NCBI GenBank assembly: GCA_963851265.1 | Contig: CAWKNZ010000010.1 | Span: forward strand, 64,001 to 128,000 | Direction: 5' to 3' | DNA: 64,000 nucleotides | Origin: an uncultured Gemmatimonadales bacterium | GTDB lineage: Bacteria > Gemmatimonadota > Gemmatimonadetes > Gemmatimonadales > Gemmatimonadaceae | Shown: piece by piece, positions 58,860-64,000 of the stretch | Layout of the letters: every line of letters starts with the position of its first letter | How positions within the stretch are numbered: the stretch's first letter is position 1 | Notes under the pieces: model-generated | Told to the model about the DNA's origin: nothing | Databases searched by the model: none | What the model saw: only the letters and a program-made list of their open reading frames with translations | Made by a program: the position numbers and the translations under genes

Positions 58860-60414
58860 CCAACACGAACGGGCTGGACGCGGGCCGCCGCGCGTTCCTC
58901 ACGACTGGCGCGGCGGCTGCGGCGCGGGGCTACCGATCCTCGCGCTGCCGGGTCTCGCGCGCGCGGCGACGTGGGCCGGCGCGCGCGACCTCGCGCGCGA
59001 GGTCGCGCGTGCGCCGGTGCCCTCTCCGGCCGGCGCGATCCGGGTGCACCAGACGGCGGGATCGCGACGCCACGCGACGCTGCCCGACATCGCGTGGCGT
59101 GCGGCGGCCGAGAGCCCTGGGCCGGGTGATGTGGTCGTCGCCGCGGAACGCCGGCGCCAGGAGGTGCTGGGCTTCGGCGCGGCCTTCACCGACGCGGCGT
59201 GCTACTTGTTCAGCCGCCTCACGCCGAGCGCCCGCGCCGCCCTGTTTCACGAGCTGTATCACCCGTCGGAGATGGCGCTCGGCGTCGGGCGAACGTGCGT
59301 CGGGTCGAGCGACTACTCGACGGTCGCGTATAGTTACGACGAGGGCCCAACCCCCGACCCCGGGCTGACGAGGTTCTCCATCGCGCACGACCGCCAGTGG
59401 ATCCTCCCGATGCTGCGCGAGGTGCGGGCCGTGAATCCCGACCTCTTCCTGCTCGCGTCGCCGTGGAGTCCGCCGGCGTGGATGAAGGACAACGGCTCGC
59501 TGTTAGGCGGTACGATCCGCCGCCGGTACCTCGGCGCGTACGCCGACTATTTCACGAGGTACCTGCAGGCGTACGCGGCGGAGGGCGTGCCCGTCGGCGC
59601 GGTGACGACGCAGAACGAGCTCGACACCGACCAGGACGGCGGCATGCCGGCGTGCACGTGGCCGCAGGAGGCAGAGATCCAGTTCGTCGGGCAGAACCTG
59701 GGCCCGGCGCTGGCGCGGGCGGGGCTCACGACGAAGATCTGGCTCATCGACCACAACTACACGCTGTGGGGGCGCGCGCTCTCGGAGTTCGACGACGAGG
59801 CGGTGCGCCGCTACGCCGACGGCGTCGCGTGGCACGGCTACGTCGGCGACCCGGCGTCGATGTCACGCGTGCACGACGCCTACCCGGACAAACACGCCTA
59901 CTGGACCGAAGGCGGACCCGACGTCACGAGTCCGCGCTACGCGACGGACTGGTCGTCGTGGGCGGCCCAGTTCACCGACATCCTGCGCAACTGGTCGCGC
60001 TGCATCATCGCGTGGAATTACGCGCTGGACGAGAAGGGGAAGCCGAACATCGGGCCCTTCTCGTGCGGCGGGCTGGTGACGATCGACAGTCGCACGCAGG
60101 CGCTCACGCGGAGCGGCATGTACTGGGCGTTCGCGCACTTCTCGCGACACGTGCGGCGCGGCGCGCACGTCATCGAATCGACCGGGGGAACGCCGCCCGG
60201 GGGCGGGACGGCGCCGCCGCCTGCGACGGGCGGCGGCGCGCGGCCCACGGCGGAGTTCGGGCACGTAGCCTTCGAGAATCCCGACGGCAGCCGCGTGGTC
60301 GTGCTCGCGAACGTCGGCGCGCAACCCCGCACGCAGCGCGTCGTGCTCGGCAGCAGCGTGGCCGAAGTCGCGCTGCCGGCCGACTCGGTGACGACGCTCG
60401 AATGGAACGCGTGA
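58856..60414 (+). pseudogene. GH30 glycoside hydrolase with an apparent frameshift in the Tat signal region (about 58915-58925); catalytic ORF 59017..60414 intact
   Basis: GFGAAFTD, ASPWSPPAWMK, TQNE, DHN, AWHGY, WTEG, WNYALD; the ATG/RRAFL leader is in a different frame from the enzyme. Confidence 0.72.
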
Positions 60415-60425
60415 CGCGGGCCGAC

Positions 60426-61145
60426 ATGCGCACGTGGGCACGCGTTCGGCGCGTGGCTCTCCTGATCTCCGCCGGCGCGGCGCTCGGTGCCTGTGCGAGC
60501 GCACCACCGCACGGCTCGTCGGGCGTGCCCTCGCGGGGCGCCGCGGACCGGTGGCGACCGCTGCTCGCCGGACAGTCGTTCGACGCATGGCGCGGATACC
60601 AGGGCGCGCCCGTGCCACCGGGGTGGACGATCGCCGACGGCGTGCTCGCGCGGCGCGTGAGCACCGGCGACCTCGTCACGCGCGACGAGTTCGGCGACTT
60701 CGAACTGGAGTGGGAGTGGAAGCTCGGCGTCGGCGGGGACGCGGGCGTGTTCTACCGCGGAACCGAGGGCGATCCGCGCATCTTCTTCAGCGCGGTCGAA
60801 TATCAGTTGGAGGACGACGCGCACCCGCTCGACGGTCCGAGCCGCCTGGCAGCGGCCGGCGCGGTGTACGGGCTGTACCCGGTGCGCCCCGGGGTGGTGC
60901 GGCCGGCCGGCGAGTGGAACGCGTCGCGCATCGTCGCGCGCGGCGCGCACGTCGAGCACTGGCTGAACGGCGAGAAGGTCGCCGAGTACGAGGCCGGGAG
61001 TGCCGACTGGGACGCGCGGGTGCAAGGGAGCAAGTTCTCGCGCTGGCCCAACTTCGGACGGGCGCGGCGCGGGCACATCGCGATCCAGGGCGACCACGCG
61101 GGCGAGTTCGCGGTCCGCGGGATGCGGATCCGCGAACTCCGTTAG
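60426..61145 (+). CDS. DUF1080 (3-keto-disaccharide hydrolase family) lipoprotein
   Basis: LGAC; GDFELEWEWK, GVFYR, EYQL.DD, GEWN, EHWLNG, GHIAIQGDH. Confidence 0.88.
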   Translation: MRTWARVRRVALLISAGAALGACASAPPHGSSGVPSRGAADRWRPLLAGQSFDAWRGYQGAPVPPGWTIADGVLARRVSTGDLVTRDEFGDFELEWEWKLGVGGDAGVFYRGTEGDPRIFFSAVEYQLEDDAHPLDGPSRLAAAGAVYGLYPVRPGVVRPAGEWNASRIVARGAHVEHWLNGEKVAEYEAGSADWDARVQGSKFSRWPNFGRARRGHIAIQGDHAGEFAVRGMRIRELR

Positions 61146-61163
61146 GCGCGCCTTATCGGGCGT

Positions 61164-61844
61164 TCACCCGGTGAGCCGCCGGGCGTACGCGCCGAGCGCG
61201 TCGAACTGGCGCGCGCGCTCCCGCGCCCACGCGGGAAGGCGTAGCGCGCCGACGGCCAGTAGCAGCACGCCCGTAAGTCCGGCGAAGCGGGCCAGGGCCA
61301 GCCGCGACAGGTCGCCGGGCGACCCCGCCGCCGCCACGCCGACGAGGGCGACGGCGGCGAGCAGGAGTATCGCCCCGAGTTGCAGCACGGCGCGCGCGTT
61401 GCCCTTGCGCGTCCGCAGTTGCAGGAGCGCGCCGCTTCCGGCCGGCTCGTACGTGACGCGGAGGTTCCCCACCCGCCACTCGCGGCTCGCACCGCTCACG
61501 CGCGTGCGTCCCTCGACCGCGAACGTTGCGCGGAGCTCCCCGACGAGTTGCGCCCAATCCTCGTCCGAGAGCGTGCGGCCGAGCGGCACCGCCCGCGTGA
61601 CGGCGACGGGCAGGCCGAAGTATCGCGTGCCGTCCCGCCCGGGCACGGCGTCGGCGGGCTGCCGTTCGAGCGCCACCGCGGCGGCGGCCACGGCCTGCGG
61701 CGCGACGCCGGCCTCCACCCCGATCTGCTCGACGTCGGCGAGGGTCCACCGGCGCTCCGGCTCGGCTGCCGCGGCCGCCTCCGCATCGACGGCGAGCGCG
61801 AGAATGCGGCGAACGTCTTCGTCGGAATAGCGGCGGTCGGCCAT
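61164..61844 (-). CDS. Hypothetical membrane protein
   Basis: RYSDEDVRRILALA, TLADVEQIGVEAG; two C-terminal TM helices. Confidence 0.65.
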   Translation of the reverse strand: MADRRYSDEDVRRILALAVDAEAAAAAEPERRWTLADVEQIGVEAGVAPQAVAAAAVALERQPADAVPGRDGTRYFGLPVAVTRAVPLGRTLSDEDWAQLVGELRATFAVEGRTRVSGASREWRVGNLRVTYEPAGSGALLQLRTRKGNARAVLQLGAILLLAAVALVGVAAAGSPGDLSRLALARFAGLTGVLLLAVGALRLPAWARERARQFDALGAYARRLTG

Positions 61845-61974
61845 AGCGGGCTCTCGGGGGGCGGGCGGCGCGTCCGGACGGGGCGCCGCGGTCGTCGGTC
61901 GCGATACCCACCCCATACGTGCACGGACGGTCGCGGTTTCGGGCGCGCGCACGGGTACACCGCGCGCGGCGTCC

Positions 61975-63519
61975 TCACCGTCGGGCGGGGACCAGCGTGT
62001 AGTCGGGGAAGTTGCCGAACAGGCGCTCGTCCGCGGCTCCGCGGGTCGCGGCCTGCACGAGATACGCGCCCCCGACGAAGCAGCCGTGCCACGACTGCCC
62101 GATCCCGCCGAAGACCTCGTCGCGGTCGCCGCGCGACCGCACCGCATTGATGCCGACCTTGAAGCCGCGGACCTGGCCCGCGATCTCCGCGGCGGTCGTG
62201 GGGTCGTCGCACGCGATCGACGCGACGAGCGAGCCGTTCGAGACGTTCATCTCGGAGACCAGCTCCTCGACCGAGTCGACGACCACGATCGTGTCCACCG
62301 GGCCGAACGGCTCGCTGTGGTAGAGGGTGCTGCTACGCGGCACGCCGAGGAGCGCGGCGGGTGCGAGATACGCGCCATCGTCCTGACCCGCGACGAACCG
62401 GTCGGGGTCGAGGGCGCCCGCGTAGAGCGGCACGGCCCCGCCGTCGACCGCCGCCGCCGTCGACCTGCGCAGCGCCGCCGCCTGCCCCCGGTTGATGAGC
62501 GGGCCGAAATCGAGCTTCGGGAGCGCGTCGTCGGCGGCGTCCACAGCGACCGGGTTGCCGACGCGCACGGACTTCACCGTTTCGAGGTACGTCTCGAGGA
62601 AGCGCGGGAAGAGCCGCCGCGCGACGACGAATCGCGCGTACGCCGTACACCGCTGCTTACCGTAATCGAACCCCTTGCGCATCTGCTCGGCGAGCCGGGG
62701 CCAGTCGGAGTAGTCCCAGACGCCGTACGCGTTCACGCCTTCCATCTCGAGCATGTGCCGCTTGCGCCCGTCGAGGAGCGACGCGGCGACGGCGCGGCCG
62801 CTCGAGCGCCCGCCGACGAAGGCGAGGCAGTCGACGTCGTCGCCGCGCACGAGGGCGGGGCCCAATTCCGACCCCGACCCGCTCAGCAGGGCGACCGGCA
62901 GCCCCGCGCGGCGCGCGAGCGCGAAGCCCACCGTGAGCGCGAACAGCCCGCCGTCGGTGGGCGTCTTGGCGACGACCGCGTTGCCCGCCAACACCTGGAC
63001 GAGCACGGCGTGCACGAGCACCGAGTAGGGATAGTTCCAGGACGCGATGTTCGACACGACGCCGAGCGGCGCGCGCCCCGCGAGCATCGGCTCGATCTGC
63101 TCCACGTACCACGCCACGCCGTCGACGCAGCGGTCGACGTCGGTCTCCGCCTGCGCGAGCGGCTTGCCGATCTCCCAGATCAGCAGGCGGGCGATGAGGT
63201 CGCGGTGGGCACGGAGGAGGTCGAGGCACGCGCTCACCCGGCTGCGGCGCTCGTCGAGGTCGACGCGCGCCCACTCGGCCGCGTCGGCGGCCGCGCCCGC
63301 GACGGCGGCATGCGCGGCCGCGACGTCGACCGCCGGAAGCGGACCGAGGTCGGAGCCGTCGACCGGCGACGTGTACCGGCGCGGCGTTCCGGGACGCCCC
63401 CACTCACCGGCGATGAGGTTGAGTGCCGCCCCGTCTGCCGCGAACGCCTCGGGCACCGCCGCGCGCGCCGCGGCGGCAAGACTCGGCCACGCGGCCGTTG
63501 CTGCGACCTGTTTCACCAT
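61975..63519 (-). CDS. Aldehyde dehydrogenase family protein
   Basis: WEIGKP, SWNYP, AKTP, FVGG, LEMEG, QRCTA (catalytic Cys), EPFGP. Confidence 0.9.
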   Translation of the reverse strand: MVKQVAATAAWPSLAAAARAAVPEAFAADGAALNLIAGEWGRPGTPRRYTSPVDGSDLGPLPAVDVAAAHAAVAGAAADAAEWARVDLDERRSRVSACLDLLRAHRDLIARLLIWEIGKPLAQAETDVDRCVDGVAWYVEQIEPMLAGRAPLGVVSNIASWNYPYSVLVHAVLVQVLAGNAVVAKTPTDGGLFALTVGFALARRAGLPVALLSGSGSELGPALVRGDDVDCLAFVGGRSSGRAVAASLLDGRKRHMLEMEGVNAYGVWDYSDWPRLAEQMRKGFDYGKQRCTAYARFVVARRLFPRFLETYLETVKSVRVGNPVAVDAADDALPKLDFGPLINRGQAAALRRSTAAAVDGGAVPLYAGALDPDRFVAGQDDGAYLAPAALLGVPRSSTLYHSEPFGPVDTIVVVDSVEELVSEMNVSNGSLVASIACDDPTTAAEIAGQVRGFKVGINAVRSRGDRDEVFGGIGQSWHGCFVGGAYLVQAATRGAADERLFGNFPDYTLVPARR

Positions 63520-63544
63520 CCCCCTCCGGGACTCCCGCCGTTGA

Positions 63545-64000
63545 TCATGCGACGGCCGCGCCGTGCGCGGCCCCGCCCTGGGCGGGCAGCGCCCGCGCGG
63601 CCCGCCGCCGTGCCGCGCCCGCGACGCCGGCCGCGAGCAGCAGCGCGAACCCGAGCGCGAGCCCTGCCGCCGCGCGCGGACTCGCTTGGTGCTGGAATGT
63701 GACCAGAAAGACGACGAGCACGAGCAGCACCGTCGGCGCCTCGTTGAAGAGCCGGAACTGTTGCGACGTCATCGGCGACGTGCCGGCCGCGAGGCGCGCG
63801 GCGCAGCGGACGCAGGCCACGTGGTACGCGGCGACGCCGGCGACGAGGACCAGCTTGGCCTGCAGCCATCCCGCGCCTAACAGCCCGGGGCGTCCGGCGA
63901 GCATGCCGACCGCCGCCGCGACGGCGAGCACGCACGCGGGGCGCATGATCGCCCGCTCCAGCAGGCGCTCCATGCGCGCGAACTGCGCGTGCAGGACCGC
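63545..64000 (-). CDS. hemJ: HemJ-like protoporphyrinogen oxidase (UPF0093), 5' end outside the window
   Basis: MERLL..IM.PA, WLQAKL, YH, FRLFNEAPT. Confidence 0.78.
   Translation of the reverse strand, partial: AVLHAQFARMERLLERAIMRPACVLAVAAAVGMLAGRPGLLGAGWLQAKLVLVAGVAAYHVACVRCAARLAAGTSPMTSQQFRLFNEAPTVLLVLVVFLVTFQHQASPRAAAGLALGFALLLAAGVAGAARRRAARALPAQGGAAHGAAVA

Noticed and set aside
242..63500. Many long overlapping Arg/Ala/Pro-rich ORFs (e.g. 11125..14160, 16875..19157, 47197..49104, 56810..58696)
   Set aside because: Shadow frames of real genes in high-GC DNA with few stop codons; no recognisable motifs.
1525..63881. TTA codons as a bldA-like translational control
   Set aside because: The TTA codons noted sit inside GTTAGGC, which also occurs in other frames, on the other strand and between genes, so the constraint is at DNA level.
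203..63881. GTTAGGC as a Chi/KOPS-like site or telomere-like (TTAGGC)n repeat
   Set aside because: Orientation is balanced (13 vs 16) and the copies are dispersed, not tandem; genome-wide data are needed to exclude polarity fully.

Overview
High-GC bacterial DNA, roughly 75% GC by eye. The gene content and the TATPEP-type PEP-CTERM protein suggest Gemmatimonadota, but that is inference. 1-31.5 kb is a Wzx/Wzy-type exopolysaccharide and surface-glycan locus. It carries a priming transferase, Wza, Wzc, a GDP-mannose 3,5-epimerase-like enzyme, WecG/TagA, a flippase, a Wzy-like protein, GT2/GT9/GT-C transferases, an acyltransferase, deacetylases and two UDP-GlcNAc 2-epimerases. Two paralogous cassettes sit antisense inside it, each a c-di-GMP-I (GEMM) riboswitch followed by a secreted beta-helix lipoprotein. 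The middle holds a formate/Mo-cofactor module (fdhD, OFA transporter, mobA, mobB, moeA), a GH1-like gene with araA, a ferritin-like pair, a PEP-CTERM protein, a degenerate PAS-GGDEF protein and an alpha-oxoamine synthase. The end holds a PCYCGC/DUF2911/MFS/amidohydrolase operon, a GH16-GH3-GH30-DUF1080 beta-glucan cluster (GH30 frameshifted), an aldehyde dehydrogenase and a partial hemJ. The strongest unexplained signal is the heptamer GCCTAAC/GTTAGGC. I counted 29 copies by hand on both strands, in genes and between them, and it accounts for nearly all TTAG/CTAA tetramers I saw. No tRNA, rRNA, CRISPR array or transposase was recognised.
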